The notes below the pieces were generated by a model. It did not search any database, was not told the origin of the DNA, and saw nothing but the letters and a program-made list of their open reading frames with translations. From positions 1-27,996 of IMG/VR virus record IMGVR_UViG_3300030372_002969: 27,996 nt of DNA; one strand, given 5' to 3'. Each line of letters opens with the position of its first letter. Position 1 is the first letter of the stretch. This stretch comes from a virus (lineage: Duplodnaviria; Caudoviricetes). The position numbers and the translations under genes were made by a program. Below, in pieces: positions 15,517 to 25,005 of the stretch.

Positions 15517-16818
15517 CTAGCTCAATGCGAACGGCGCGGCGGCCGTGACGCCTGCCGCCGCCAAGTCAAACAGGCCAGCGCGTTGCGCTGCGGCCTGCTG
15601 GTTAGCCGCGTTGTACCCTGCAAGCGCGTTTTGCTGCGCGAGTTGCTGCGCGCCAAGGACGTTGACTGCACCCGGCATCTGAAACGCGCCGGTCTGATAG
15701 CCGGGGCCGCCGAGCAGGCTAGACAACTCTGCAAGCTGCTGCCCGCGAATGTTCTGTCGCTCAGTGAGCGCCGTCTGCCGCGCCCGGTTTGCCTGATCGG
15801 ACGCGAGCAACTGATCGGCAATCGCCTGCTGTCGCGCTGCGTTTGCCAGCGCTGTTTGCTGCCCTTGCTGGGCAAAAGCCTGTTGTTGAGCGCCCAAGCC
15901 AAATGCACCGGCACCCGTTGCCTCGTTAAACGCTGCCTGGCGCTGCTGGTTTGCAAGCTGCGCACGCGAGAAGGCGTCTGCAAGCTGCTGCTGACCGATC
16001 TGGTTTGCAAGCCCTGCTTGCTGCGTCCGCTCGCCAAACTGCTGCCCGCGTGCGGTCGATTGCAGTCCAAACTGCCGCGATGCTTCCGTGCCAGCGCCAA
16101 TCCGTGCGCCTTGCGCCAAGCGACCAAGCTGTTCGCCCTGAGAGCGTTCAAGTCGGTCCACAGCCTCATTGTAGGCTGCGCTGCCAATCGGCAGACCACG
16201 GTTTGCAAGGTTTTGTTCAAGCGTTTCGCGCTGGCGCTGAAACTCAGGATTCAACAACCCAAACTCGCGATTGTAGATGTCCTGCTCGATGCCGCTGCGG
16301 AACTGCGCAAAGTCTGTCGGCAGACTAGCAAGGCCAGCGGTGTCGATGCTGCTCTGATAATTTGGCGTAACATCAACGCCGGTGACGCGATCCGGCAAGC
16401 CGCTCAGTGCAAGCTGCTGCTGTGGTGCAGCCACGCCGCCAATGCTCGAAACCTGTTCCGGCACCGCCGTAAAATCGACGCCAAACTGGCTTGGCGGCAA
16501 CGTCGCCGTGTCAAGCGTCGGCACTGTGCTGCCTGCGCCGTAGATGTTCCCGAATTGCGTTTGCGCCTGACCAATCAAATCGCGCGACAGTGCTTCTTCG
16601 CCAGCGCGACGCGAAGACTGGAACGGCGTTTCCTGAATGAAAAGCGCCTCTTCTGTCGGCCGCTGCACGAAGTCACCTTCATCGCTCACGCTGCCAAACA
16701 GCAGATTGCCGTATGGCGTGAATTGCGTGAACTGGTTGGCGGCTTGTTGCGCTTGCGTCAGTTCTGCAACGGATGGCACCGCAGGCAGTGTCGGCGTGTC
16801 AGGTTTCAGAAATCCCAT
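15517..16818 (-). CDS. Putative DNA-ejection/pilot protein 1
   Basis: MG start, NQFTQFTPYGNL, LEQNLANRGLPIGSAAY, Gln/Ala-rich helices; follows the tail GNAT; start set to ATG 16818. Confidence 0.72.
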   Translation of the reverse strand: MGFLKPDTPTLPAVPSVAELTQAQQAANQFTQFTPYGNLLFGSVSDEGDFVQRPTEEALFIQETPFQSSRRAGEEALSRDLIGQAQTQFGNIYGAGSTVPTLDTATLPPSQFGVDFTAVPEQVSSIGGVAAPQQQLALSGLPDRVTGVDVTPNYQSSIDTAGLASLPTDFAQFRSGIEQDIYNREFGLLNPEFQRQRETLEQNLANRGLPIGSAAYNEAVDRLERSQGEQLGRLAQGARIGAGTEASRQFGLQSTARGQQFGERTQQAGLANQIGQQQLADAFSRAQLANQQRQAAFNEATGAGAFGLGAQQQAFAQQGQQTALANAARQQAIADQLLASDQANRARQTALTERQNIRGQQLAELSSLLGGPGYQTGAFQMPGAVNVLGAQQLAQQNALAGYNAANQQAAAQRAGLFDLAAAGVTAAAPFALS

Positions 16819-16819
16819 G

Positions 16820-17221
16820 TCATTTGATCCATTTGCATTCGGAGACAAGCATCCCGAAAATCTCGGTGTTTTTGCCGTCCATGTATTCTCGAAGGGTGCC
16901 TTCGCGCCTAAATCCCAACCGTTCGTTCATGTCGATGGCGGTTGCGTTGTCAGCGGTGACAGTGGTCGTGATGCGCCGCACCTGAAGCGTCCCAAACGGG
17001 TAAGCAAAAAGGTCGCGGATATGCGCGCGCGTCGCCCACTTTGGCGACTGCGTGGCAATACTCATTTCTACATTTTCGTTGGCGAGGCGGTGATAAACGA
17101 CGCCGCCGAGAAACTTTTTGTCGAGGGTAATTCCAACGGCACGCGCAGGGGCGAAACTGTCTGCGCCAAGCTGCTCGGCAACCCACTTTTCTACACTGCC
17201 GTCAGCATCAAAAAACAGCAT
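16820..17221 (-). CDS. Tail-region GNAT-fold protein (RimJ/RimL-like)
   Basis: GGVVY, FAYPFGTLQVRRI, N..AIDMNERLGFRREGTLRE, FGML..EC.W; TGATG coupling at 17221. Confidence 0.82.
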   Translation of the reverse strand: MLFFDADGSVEKWVAEQLGADSFAPARAVGITLDKKFLGGVVYHRLANENVEMSIATQSPKWATRAHIRDLFAYPFGTLQVRRITTTVTADNATAIDMNERLGFRREGTLREYMDGKNTEIFGMLVSECKWIK

Positions 17222-17586
17222 CAGGCGTCGCTCGCTTCGTCGCGCGCCATGATGATGGTGAACGTCACGCGAGTTGCTTGCGGCAGCAGCCCCTGCCAAA
17301 CCTCACTTTGCGCGCCATCTGCGTCTGTGTAAGCGTAGATTAGACTGACTAGCCGAAACGGCTGTGGAGATAACGCAAAGCACTGGTATCCGCGTAGCTG
17401 CGCTTGCATAAGGCCAACCATGTCCTCGATTGTGCGTCCTGGGCGCTCATCAAGTGCTGCTAACTCCATTATTGCAGGCTCTGTAATACACACATATGAC
17501 GCCGCTGCCTGGTTGTCGTTTGCGTGCGCTGGGCTCACAAAAAAAGCCGCCAAAAAGGCGGCGGCTGCGGCAACGGTTCCGCGCAT
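17221..17586 (-). CDS. Hypothetical exported protein with Sec signal peptide
   Basis: MRGTVAAAAAFLAAFFVSPAHA ends in an AxA cleavage motif; two Cys in the mature part; TAATG/TGATG coupling on both sides. Confidence 0.65.
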   Translation of the reverse strand: MRGTVAAAAAFLAAFFVSPAHANDNQAAASYVCITEPAIMELAALDERPGRTIEDMVGLMQAQLRGYQCFALSPQPFRLVSLIYAYTDADGAQSEVWQGLLPQATRVTFTIIMARDEASDA

Positions 17587-17885
17587 TAGCTTGGTTTCGG
17601 GTACGCGGCCTTGACGGCCGCGATGGCATCGGCCCAGGTCGTCGTGTCGTTCACGCCATCCCAGTAAATCATGTCAAGTTGATCGCCGATGGGCGGATAA
17701 GCTGCTGCGCGGTTGCGCGCATATGCCTGCGCCGCATAGTCGGCGTCGAGGCGCGCGATCTCTGCGTCAATCTCGGCGTCGCTCGGCTGCTCGATGTCGG
17801 GGCTGTCCCACCTGATCGTGTCGCCTGACAACACCCATTCAGCGTCGGGTACGAGGCTCGCGAGTGCTTCTGCTTTTGTTGCCAT
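17586..17885 (-). CDS. Tail-fibre assembly chaperone-like protein (XkdW-like N-terminus)
   Basis: L.PDAEW...I.W...QPSDAEI...YARNRAAAYPPIGDQLDMIYWD...W.DAIAAVKAAYPKP; directly after the fibre. Confidence 0.72.
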   Translation of the reverse strand: MATKAEALASLVPDAEWVLSGDTIRWDSPDIEQPSDAEIDAEIARLDADYAAQAYARNRAAAYPPIGDQLDMIYWDGVNDTTTWADAIAAVKAAYPKPS

Positions 17886-19507
17886 CAGCTGTAGTCCAGT
17901 TCGATAAGGGTGATGGTTGAGGTGGCGTTGCCACTGCTGTCATTCCGCTGGGCAGTCACCGTGCCCGATTGGTCGATCCTCTTGAACTCTGTGTGATAAG
18001 TCGTGCTTGACGTTGAACTCGGGCTGTCGAGGTGTTGTATGAAATGCTGACCCATTTGATTTTCAGCATTGGAAACCTGCGAGTATTCCTCGATCTCTGT
18101 CGAGCCGCGCAAAATTCTGAGCGCGCCGCCAGCGCGTCCGCCAACGCTGCTTATGCTTTGCGAAACCAGCACAAGAATCTTGTTGCTGCTGTTCGCTGGC
18201 GTGATGTCGGCAGTCAGGTTTGTGTCCGCGTAAGTCGTACTGGTAGATGTCGCCTCGGTGCTGGTCGCAGCCGTCACGACTTGCAACACCTTGCCGCCGC
18301 CCGCAGCAGCGGCCCACGAAATGTCGGTGCCATCGCTGGTCAGCACTTGGTTTGCAGACCCCGGACTCAGCAATGCGCTTGCGCCGCTGGCATTGCCGTA
18401 AATTATTTTTCCGCGTGCCACGGCGTCAAGCAAGTTGAGTTCACTGGTGCTGCTCGTAATGCCGTCAAGGACATTGAGTTCCGCCGCCGTTGTGGTCACG
18501 GCTGTACCGCCAATCATCAACTTGTCTTTGACGATATCGATTGAATCACCGCCAGCGGTGAGCAGCTTATCGGCTGACGCATCCCACAAAAGGTGTGCGC
18601 TTGCCGTGGCACCAAACAGCTTCACATCGTAGCCGGTATCGTCAACGCCAACAGTAAGCGTGCCGTCGAGTTGCACGTTGCCGTCGATGTCTACAGCATC
18701 GAGGTTCGTCGTGCCGTCGATGTCTGCGTCGCCAGACACGTCAAGCGAGCCTGCGTCGAGTTCTCCGGTCAGCGTGACATTGCGGAAGCTGGCGATGTCC
18801 TTGTTCGAGTCAACAACGACACCCTTGGATGCGGCGACCGTGCCAGCGGTCACGCCATCCAGCACGTTGAGTTCAGCAGCGGTTGTTGTGACCGCCGTGC
18901 CGCCGATCATCAGCTTGTCTTTTACGATGTCGATTAAAGCGCCACCGGCAGTCAGCAACTTGTCCGCAGACGCATCCCAAAGAAGATGCGCGGACGCCGT
19001 AGCGCCGAAGAATTTTACATCATATCCGGTATCATCAACGCCAACGGTCAACGTGCCGTCAAGTTGAACATTGCCATCAAAATCGACCGCGCCGCTTACC
19101 GCCAGCGCGTCGGTCGTCACCGTCCCATCAAAAAATGCGTTCTTAAATTCTGCGCTGCTCGTGCCAAGGTCGATGTCATTGTCGGTGGCCGGCTCAATGG
19201 TGCCGTCCGTAAACTTCACCTGGTCCGCACCATTGGCAGACACAATGATGATGTTGTTTGTGCCTGCCGTGATTGCTGACGAGTTTGCCGGGTCGAGTTG
19301 AATTGACTGCCCGCCCATCTTGATGCCTGCGGCAAACGGAATGCGAGCCGTTGCGGTCTGCGTGCCGTCCTTGAGCAGACAGGTCGAAAGACCTGTCGCC
19401 ATGCCGTCCATTTCGCCATCCATGCGATCCGCACGGATTTTGATGCCGTTTGATTGGTCGGACGCCCATGAATACAGGCGTGAAAATGTGCCGCCAGAAA
19501 AAGCCAT
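17885..19507 (-). CDS. Tail fibre protein
   Basis: MAFSGGTFSR..ATGLSTCLLKDGTQTATARIPF virion-attachment N-terminus, AAELNVLDG repeats, GSANQVLTSDGTDISW, and a GGGKVLQVV...STITLIE C-terminal domain. Confidence 0.85.
   Translation of the reverse strand: MAFSGGTFSRLYSWASDQSNGIKIRADRMDGEMDGMATGLSTCLLKDGTQTATARIPFAAGIKMGGQSIQLDPANSSAITAGTNNIIIVSANGADQVKFTDGTIEPATDNDIDLGTSSAEFKNAFFDGTVTTDALAVSGAVDFDGNVQLDGTLTVGVDDTGYDVKFFGATASAHLLWDASADKLLTAGGALIDIVKDKLMIGGTAVTTTAAELNVLDGVTAGTVAASKGVVVDSNKDIASFRNVTLTGELDAGSLDVSGDADIDGTTNLDAVDIDGNVQLDGTLTVGVDDTGYDVKLFGATASAHLLWDASADKLLTAGGDSIDIVKDKLMIGGTAVTTTAAELNVLDGITSSTSELNLLDAVARGKIIYGNASGASALLSPGSANQVLTSDGTDISWAAAAGGGKVLQVVTAATSTEATSTSTTYADTNLTADITPANSSNKILVLVSQSISSVGGRAGGALRILRGSTEIEEYSQVSNAENQMGQHFIQHLDSPSSTSSTTYHTEFKRIDQSGTVTAQRNDSSGNATSTITLIELDYS
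18455..19087 (-). repeat. Intragenic duplication of an 80-codon fibre module (18848-19087 and 18455-18694)
   Basis: Hand alignment: 75/80 amino acids identical but only about 28/80 codons identical. Confidence 0.9.
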
Positions 19508-21060
19508 TAGATTGGGCCCCCGGGTTTGATGCCGTAACTGGCACTAAGCCAGGAAACGGTCTGTGTTGATGTAGAAACCTTGAGTCGCATACTTGCGGCA
19601 TAGCCGAGCGCCGCTGTTGCCAGGCGCGGGCGTGTGCGTGACACGCTGCCAGCCCATTCTTCCTCGTTCCAAGCTGCGACGTTCCAAGTCGCGCCGCTGG
19701 AATCAAAGGTCGAGGTCGCAAAGGCGACGAAGTTGTTGTCGAAATCGGTCGAAAGCGCCGTTGAAATCGTCAGCGTGCCTTCGCTCTCCAGAAACGGCTG
19801 CACACTTGCAAACTGCTTTATGCGATTGCGGTCGCCAAAGTAATTGAACGCGGTGCGGCAATCGGCTTGGATAACGCTGCCCGCATCGCTCGCGCTGTCG
19901 GACGAGAACTTGTAGACGACGCCGCCAGCGCCGCCGAAATAAACATCGCCGTTGAACTTTCCCCAAGTGAATGAGTTGATGCCAGTAAACCGGCACCACG
20001 CACCAACCACGGGATTAAACACGAACTGTTCGTGCGGGTTTGCCGTGTTTCCAGTCGGGTAGTTGCAGAACATTTTGTCGCCATTGGGCGACAGGAAAAG
20101 TTCCCAACCGGCTGTCGTGCCGGTCGTCGCAACTTGATCTATGAAGCTGCCGCGTATTTTTTCAGATAGCGCCTGCGCCTTTTGCGCAACCGTGGCCGAG
20201 CGAAACACGCTCGACATGGCGATGATGCCTTCTTTTGTGACGACCGCCACGTCGCCGCCCAATTTGATTGCGGCGCGAACATGCGGCACCGGCTCTGCAA
20301 TGCGGAATGTTCCGACAAGCGCGAAGCTGTCTGCGCTGCCCGGATTGTCGCCGCTATAAACAATGACCTCGCCGCTGGTCATCACGAAGGCAATCAGGTC
20401 ATCAATGCCCTCGCCGCCGTCTTGCGTGAGCGTCGTCACCATTAGAAGGTCGCCGCCAAAGTTGCCGACGCGGTTCAGCGGGAACACGGTGAAGTTGCCT
20501 TCGAGCGTGTTGACCGTGGCGCTGTAATAAAACTTCTGATCCGTACCGCGCCAGTAATACACCCGGTTTTTAAACACATGCACGCCATCGAGCGTAGTCA
20601 CACTGCTGCTGTCAGACAGCGTGATCGACAAGTTGCTGGCACTGCTGCCGTCAAACTTGAACGGCGTATCTGCGCCGGTCACAAAGATCGTGTTGCCGTC
20701 GAACTCTGCGGTTTGCGCGATGGCAGAACTTAAGCCCGTCTTCAGGCTGCTCGGGCTACTCCCCGCGCTTGTCGCATCGTAGAGCGTGCCGTTGCTGCCG
20801 ATGGCGAGCAGCTTGCGCGTATCGCCTGCGTGATGCTCGACCAGCGTTTTAACATCGCCGGACCCGACGCCAGTTGCGTGGCTGGCATAGCCTTCGCGCA
20901 GCGTGATCTTGCCGGTCGTAGGAAACCAGTTGTCGAGCAAGATGGCGTCTTCAGGCGCCATCGCGTCGATGCTATCGCGCGTGTTCAGACCACCCACAGG
21001 CGGCGGCACGCTCACATTCGTCGTCTGCGGACGCTGTGATTGTGGTAGCGGCTGAAGCAT
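19507..21060 (-). CDS. Tail nozzle / packaged-DNA stabilization protein (beta-propeller type)
   Basis: PPPVGGLNTRDSIDAM..DAILLDNWFP N-terminus, beta-rich; position between adaptor and fibre. Confidence 0.78.
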   Translation of the reverse strand: MLQPLPQSQRPQTTNVSVPPPVGGLNTRDSIDAMAPEDAILLDNWFPTTGKITLREGYASHATGVGSGDVKTLVEHHAGDTRKLLAIGSNGTLYDATSAGSSPSSLKTGLSSAIAQTAEFDGNTIFVTGADTPFKFDGSSASNLSITLSDSSSVTTLDGVHVFKNRVYYWRGTDQKFYYSATVNTLEGNFTVFPLNRVGNFGGDLLMVTTLTQDGGEGIDDLIAFVMTSGEVIVYSGDNPGSADSFALVGTFRIAEPVPHVRAAIKLGGDVAVVTKEGIIAMSSVFRSATVAQKAQALSEKIRGSFIDQVATTGTTAGWELFLSPNGDKMFCNYPTGNTANPHEQFVFNPVVGAWCRFTGINSFTWGKFNGDVYFGGAGGVVYKFSSDSASDAGSVIQADCRTAFNYFGDRNRIKQFASVQPFLESEGTLTISTALSTDFDNNFVAFATSTFDSSGATWNVAAWNEEEWAGSVSRTRPRLATAALGYAASMRLKVSTSTQTVSWLSASYGIKPGGPI

Positions 21061-21777
21061 TTAAGTGCCGTAGTTTGCTTCTGGCACGTTGTAGGAATAC
21101 GGCCCAACGCCCGACTTGTATCGGTTGTCGAAAGCCAGCTTCGGCGCACCACCATCAGCGCCAAGCGCACGCGCGACGTTGATCTGGTAGTCGCGGAAGT
21201 CCTCTGCGTAGTCGAGGCCGTGCAACTGCTTGAAGCGCCAGGTCACGCCCATCTCCAGCAGCAGTTCGTCAAGAATGCCGGTGTCGGTGTCCGCAGCCCA
21301 TGCGGTCTGCGCACTGCCGCCACTTGATTGGCACCACGCGTTGCTGACGTAATCATAAGCAATCGTCTCAGTGCTGGTTGGCGTTGGGTCGATAAAAAAC
21401 TTTTTGGCGTTGCTGTCGGCCTTCACGCGCCAACGCTGCTGTGTGCCTGCGGTGACAATGCCGCTTTTGACAAACTGCCATTGCTGGGCGTTAAGCGGCC
21501 CACGCATGGCCTCTTGATCGGCGCGGTTATACTGCGTGTCATTGCGGAAGCGGTCGAAGTCAGACGGCAGCGCATAGCTGGCGGTCCCGCTGCCCGTGCT
21601 GAACGTGTGTTCTTTTTCGAGTATTGCCCACGGTCCGCGCTTCACCAGCGTCTTGCCTTCGCGCTGGGCGCAGACAAGAAGCTGGCGGGCAGTTGCATCG
21701 ACGTTGCCGACCACGGAGGTCGGCCGCTCGAAGCCTACATAGTCAGCCGTGTTCTGGCAGATCGTCAGCAGAGTCAT
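21061..21777 (-). CDS. Head-tail adaptor protein
   Basis: MTLLTICQ, W..L, YALPSDFDR, IDPTP, Y.SNAW, WRFKQ.HGLDY; start set to ATG 21777. Confidence 0.78.
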   Translation of the reverse strand: MTLLTICQNTADYVGFERPTSVVGNVDATARQLLVCAQREGKTLVKRGPWAILEKEHTFSTGSGTASYALPSDFDRFRNDTQYNRADQEAMRGPLNAQQWQFVKSGIVTAGTQQRWRVKADSNAKKFFIDPTPTSTETIAYDYVSNAWCQSSGGSAQTAWAADTDTGILDELLLEMGVTWRFKQLHGLDYAEDFRDYQINVARALGADGGAPKLAFDNRYKSGVGPYSYNVPEANYGT

Positions 21778-22207
21778 TGTCGATAACCTTTCGCGGTCGT
21801 CCGCGCTTCTTGGCCGGTTCGTCTGCAACAGGTGCATCGGATCGACCGTTGGCTTCTAAATAGAGAGTGGCGATTTTCTTAAACTCGCCAAAAATTGGGC
21901 CCATGTTTTGAGCCGCTAAATCGGAAATGTCCGCAAGCTCCTCGACCGTCTCAATGTTGGCGACGGTGAGTTCGCGGACGCGCGCTTCGTCAAGGCCAGG
22001 TAACTTTGCCAGCGGTGTGCCGGTCTTCGTCTCAGCTTTGCCTTCGCGGTAGGCTGCCCATGCAGTCGGGAACCGCTCAAGGTCAGACGCGCGAACCGGG
22101 CCAACAAAAGTGTCCCGGTTGCCTGTGACTGAGATGGAAACAAAGTCTTTTTCAACGCCGTTTAAGCTGGACCTGTAAAAGGTTGCCTTCACGTTTGCCT
22201 CTGGCAT
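21743..22207 (-). CDS. Conserved head-region protein with HhH-like motif and basic tail
   Basis: RFP.AW..Y...GTPL..LPG...L...NIETVEELA; KKRGRPRK near the C-terminus; SD AAAGGAG. Confidence 0.65.
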   Translation of the reverse strand: MPEANVKATFYRSSLNGVEKDFVSISVTGNRDTFVGPVRASDLERFPTAWAAYREGKAETKTGTPLAKLPGLDEARVRELTVANIETVEELADISDLAAQNMGPIFGEFKKIATLYLEANGRSDAPVADEPAKKRGRPRKVIDNDSADDLPEHG

Positions 22208-22237
22208 AACGCATTTCTCCTTTAGATATGTGGGATG

Positions 22238-22269
22238 AAAAAGGGGCCGCCGAAGCGACCCCTTTTTTT
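22238..22269 (-). terminator. Rho-independent (likely bidirectional) terminator after the capsid genes
   Basis: Minus strand GGGGTCGC-TTCG-GCGGCCCC-TTTTT with a cUUCGg tetraloop; T7 run on the plus side. Confidence 0.88.
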
Positions 22270-22271
22270 AC

Positions 22272-22745
22272 TTACATCGGGAAGGTGCAGATGATTTCCT
22301 TATCTGAAATGTCCCCGGCGATTGCACAGACGTTATCTGTAGCAGCCGCTGACACGTCGAGCGTGCCATCGCCACTTCCGGTCGGCGTCAACGGATCGCC
22401 GTCCGCACCAGCCGTCAACGCAATCGAAAGCGTTGCCGGACCAGCAATCTGAATCCAACAATACTGACCATCGGTCGGTGCGCTGTTTAGAACGCCCGCG
22501 CCGATCTCAACGCTGTCGGACAGGTCGCTAGTGACCTGATTGTTTTTGTGGCCGTCGAGCGTGTAATAGTACGCCACCTGGCCAGACACGGCGGCAACAG
22601 AACCGCTGCCCGTGTCATATTGAACATACTTGTAAATCTTGGTCACGCCGCCGGAGTCGATGACCGACCCAAGCTGACCAACACCATATTCGGCGGTGCT
22701 GGAAACTGCGGCGGGATCAATACCGATTACAGGAATCGTAGACAT
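22272..22745 (-). CDS. Capsid decoration/cement-like protein
   Basis: Small beta-rich Gly/Ala/Ser protein (YKYVQ, GQYCWIQIAGP) between the capsid gene and its terminator. Confidence 0.65.
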   Translation of the reverse strand: MSTIPVIGIDPAAVSSTAEYGVGQLGSVIDSGGVTKIYKYVQYDTGSGSVAAVSGQVAYYYTLDGHKNNQVTSDLSDSVEIGAGVLNSAPTDGQYCWIQIAGPATLSIALTAGADGDPLTPTGSGDGTLDVSAAATDNVCAIAGDISDKEIICTFPM

Positions 22746-22757
22746 ATCAAGCCCCCC

Positions 22758-23702
22758 CTAAACGTGAATCACGCCCTGAAGGGCGCGGTTGGAACAAGTA
22801 AGATTGCCGGACCAAACCATCGGCACTACCATCGCATCCTGATTGACAGACATGCGCGTATCGAGCGGCACAAAGTTGCGGTCTGCTGCAACTTCAAGAC
22901 GCAGATAACTGGTGTTGATGAAGTACATGTGGTTCGTCGGCACCTGGTCGTCATAATACACATCACTACCCAGGTAGCGCGTGGTTACGAAACCAGAGTT
23001 AGCTTCATTCGCATCAGCGACACGCTGAATTGCCTGAAGTGATCCGAGGAACGACTTATAGGCGTTCGCATCGGCGGTCACGATGTCGGGCTTATCAACG
23101 CCACGAACAAGAGACAGATAGATGTTATTCATATCGGTCTGCACGTTTGCGACACTAAAAGCCGACGAGGTGGCCGTGGTCTGTACGTTTTGCCAGAAAG
23201 AGAATGTCGAGGAATTGATCCCTCCGACAGTTCCCGTGCCAGCATCGGCAATGACCAACTGAAGACCGCCAACTTCCTTGCCGCTGGAACCCGTACCGTC
23301 GCTATACAGCGAAGTCGACAGGGAGTTTTCCAGTGATTTTTCAAGGACGCTAATGCGGGCCTCAAGCAGATTGATGATTGCTTCTGGACCTGAGTTTTTG
23401 ATTTCCTCAAGACCGGAGATCGTCACCGTGCCTGCAAGCTGTTTCCAATCGAAAACCGCTGAACTCAATACATCGGCAGGCGAAGTGTCTAGCACTTCAT
23501 AGCCGGAGTAAAAGTTCACGGTATCGTTGGCCTGATATTCGAGTTCACGAACAATGTCTCGACCACCAGAGAGTTCGACTACGTTTCCGCGTTCCCGCAT
23601 TTTGCGAAGCAGAGCGTTGTGATTGGTCACATTGTCTGCAAGCTGGCGAGATCGGTTACGGAGCGTCGTCGTGACTATTTCCGAAAGATTCGGAGATGCC
23701 AT
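22758..23702 (-). CDS. Major capsid protein (podoviral type)
   Basis: SEIVTTTLRNRSRQLADNV..HNALL, SGGRDI, YSGYEVL, WKQ, YSDGTG, GNLTCSNRALQG; SD AAAGGAG. Confidence 0.9.
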   Translation of the reverse strand: MASPNLSEIVTTTLRNRSRQLADNVTNHNALLRKMRERGNVVELSGGRDIVRELEYQANDTVNFYSGYEVLDTSPADVLSSAVFDWKQLAGTVTISGLEEIKNSGPEAIINLLEARISVLEKSLENSLSTSLYSDGTGSSGKEVGGLQLVIADAGTGTVGGINSSTFSFWQNVQTTATSSAFSVANVQTDMNNIYLSLVRGVDKPDIVTADANAYKSFLGSLQAIQRVADANEANSGFVTTRYLGSDVYYDDQVPTNHMYFINTSYLRLEVAADRNFVPLDTRMSVNQDAMVVPMVWSGNLTCSNRALQGVIHV

Positions 23703-23724
23703 TGTCTTCTCCTTTATTTGGTTT

Positions 23725-24768
23725 CTAGGATTGCAACTCCTTCATTGTGTGAAGCAGTGCGTCTCGCACGCTACTGCCGCTAGGCAATGCTTCCCTTGCC
23801 GGTGCACCGCTGCCTTTCACATTCGCCTGTTGTGCGCGTTTTGCTTTGCGCACATTTTCTGCCTGCTTTTGCTTGGCAGTCACTTTCTCCGCTTGCTGGT
23901 CGATCAGGCTTCCCCGCAACTCGGGGTTCGCGTAGACCGCCATCTCGTAAGCGGCGTCCATGTCTTGCGCGACGCCGGATTGGATGAGACCGCCCATAGT
24001 CGTGCGAACCGCATCAAAATGCGGGTGCGCGAGCGATCCATCTTCCACTGTCGCCTTGGCAAATGTGTCAATTTGCTGCTGGGTGTCGGCAACTGCGGCC
24101 TGCTGCTGCTGTTGCGCTTGTGTTTGCAAATAACCTTGCAACTGAGACACCTGGTCTCTGAGTTGCTTCACTTGCGGGTCGGCAAAATCGTCTTCAGCTT
24201 GCTCGCTTACGGCGAGTGCTTCGGTGTTAATGCCATAATTTTGCGCCAGCCATGCAATCGCTTGCTGAGGGCTTTCGCGCAAAAACTTGTGTGCGCCAAG
24301 TAGCTGGCGGACGGCTCCAATGTCGTCTAGGCCAGCACGGGCAAATTCATCTCGGAAGGGAACCATCACCTCATCAAGCGCAGAGGCGCGGCGGCGAATA
24401 TCTGCCACTTCCTGTGTCTTGCGAGTGTAATCGCCTTCCATGTCTTTATAGCGTTGAAGGAACACTTCCTGCGCGTCCGGGGGAAGCGCGTTAAAGCTGT
24501 CCTTAAAATCAGCAGCCCAATGCGCTGGCGCTTCAATGCCGCGCGCTACTTCTTCCGGCTCGTCTGCTGCCTCGTCGGCAACCTCGCTTTCAAACTCCAC
24601 ATCTTCAGCGGGCGGCGCGTCATCCTCTGCCGCAAGCGGCTCCGGTTCGGGCGTAGGCTCTGGCTCACGCGGTTCTTCGCGTGTCGCCAAAGCGGCGGCG
24701 ATACTCTCTCGAACTGTCTGCGGCGCTGGCTCCTGCGGCTCAGGAGTGCTTTCCATTTCTTCGCTCAT
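23725..24768 (-). CDS. Capsid scaffolding protein
   Basis: Acidic Pro-rich N-terminus, APAHW, DYTRKTQE, coiled coil, AYEMA...NPE; immediately upstream of the capsid gene. Confidence 0.8.
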   Translation of the reverse strand: MSEEMESTPEPQEPAPQTVRESIAAALATREEPREPEPTPEPEPLAAEDDAPPAEDVEFESEVADEAADEPEEVARGIEAPAHWAADFKDSFNALPPDAQEVFLQRYKDMEGDYTRKTQEVADIRRRASALDEVMVPFRDEFARAGLDDIGAVRQLLGAHKFLRESPQQAIAWLAQNYGINTEALAVSEQAEDDFADPQVKQLRDQVSQLQGYLQTQAQQQQQAAVADTQQQIDTFAKATVEDGSLAHPHFDAVRTTMGGLIQSGVAQDMDAAYEMAVYANPELRGSLIDQQAEKVTAKQKQAENVRKAKRAQQANVKGSGAPAREALPSGSSVRDALLHTMKELQS

Positions 24769-24780
24769 TATTTTCTCCGG

Positions 24781-25005
24781 TTAGGTGCGAGGCAGCCCAA
24801 ACTTCGCTTGCTGTTCGTTTCCTATTTCAACCAGGTTGTTGTCTCGAAGGTGCTGGCGATGCTGCTTCCGCGAGTTGATAATTTCGCCAGTCGCAATCGA
24901 GCGATACGGCTCGATGTCGCCAATGATCTGCGTGCGAGCAGCAGGCGCGGCCTGCGGCCCCTTCGGCACAATCTTGCCGTCCTGCCAGACGTAAACCTTA
25001 CGCAT
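24781..25005 (-). CDS. Small conserved head-region protein
   Basis: DIEPYRS..TGEII.SR.QHR.HL..N..VEIGNE motif; start set to ATG 25005. Confidence 0.7.
   Translation of the reverse strand: MRKVYVWQDGKIVPKGPQAAPAARTQIIGDIEPYRSIATGEIINSRKQHRQHLRDNNLVEIGNEQQAKFGLPRT

Noticed and set aside
15583-16827. Long plus-strand ORFs (414 aa here; also 12740-13543, 13859-14695, 23623-24303)
   Set aside because: They lie antisense to well-supported structural genes, have implausible composition and no motifs; these are typical shadow ORFs.
18455-19087. Diversity-generating retroelement TR/VR pair
   Set aside because: Both copies are in-frame coding, differences are mostly synonymous and not adenine-specific, and no reverse transcriptase is in the window.
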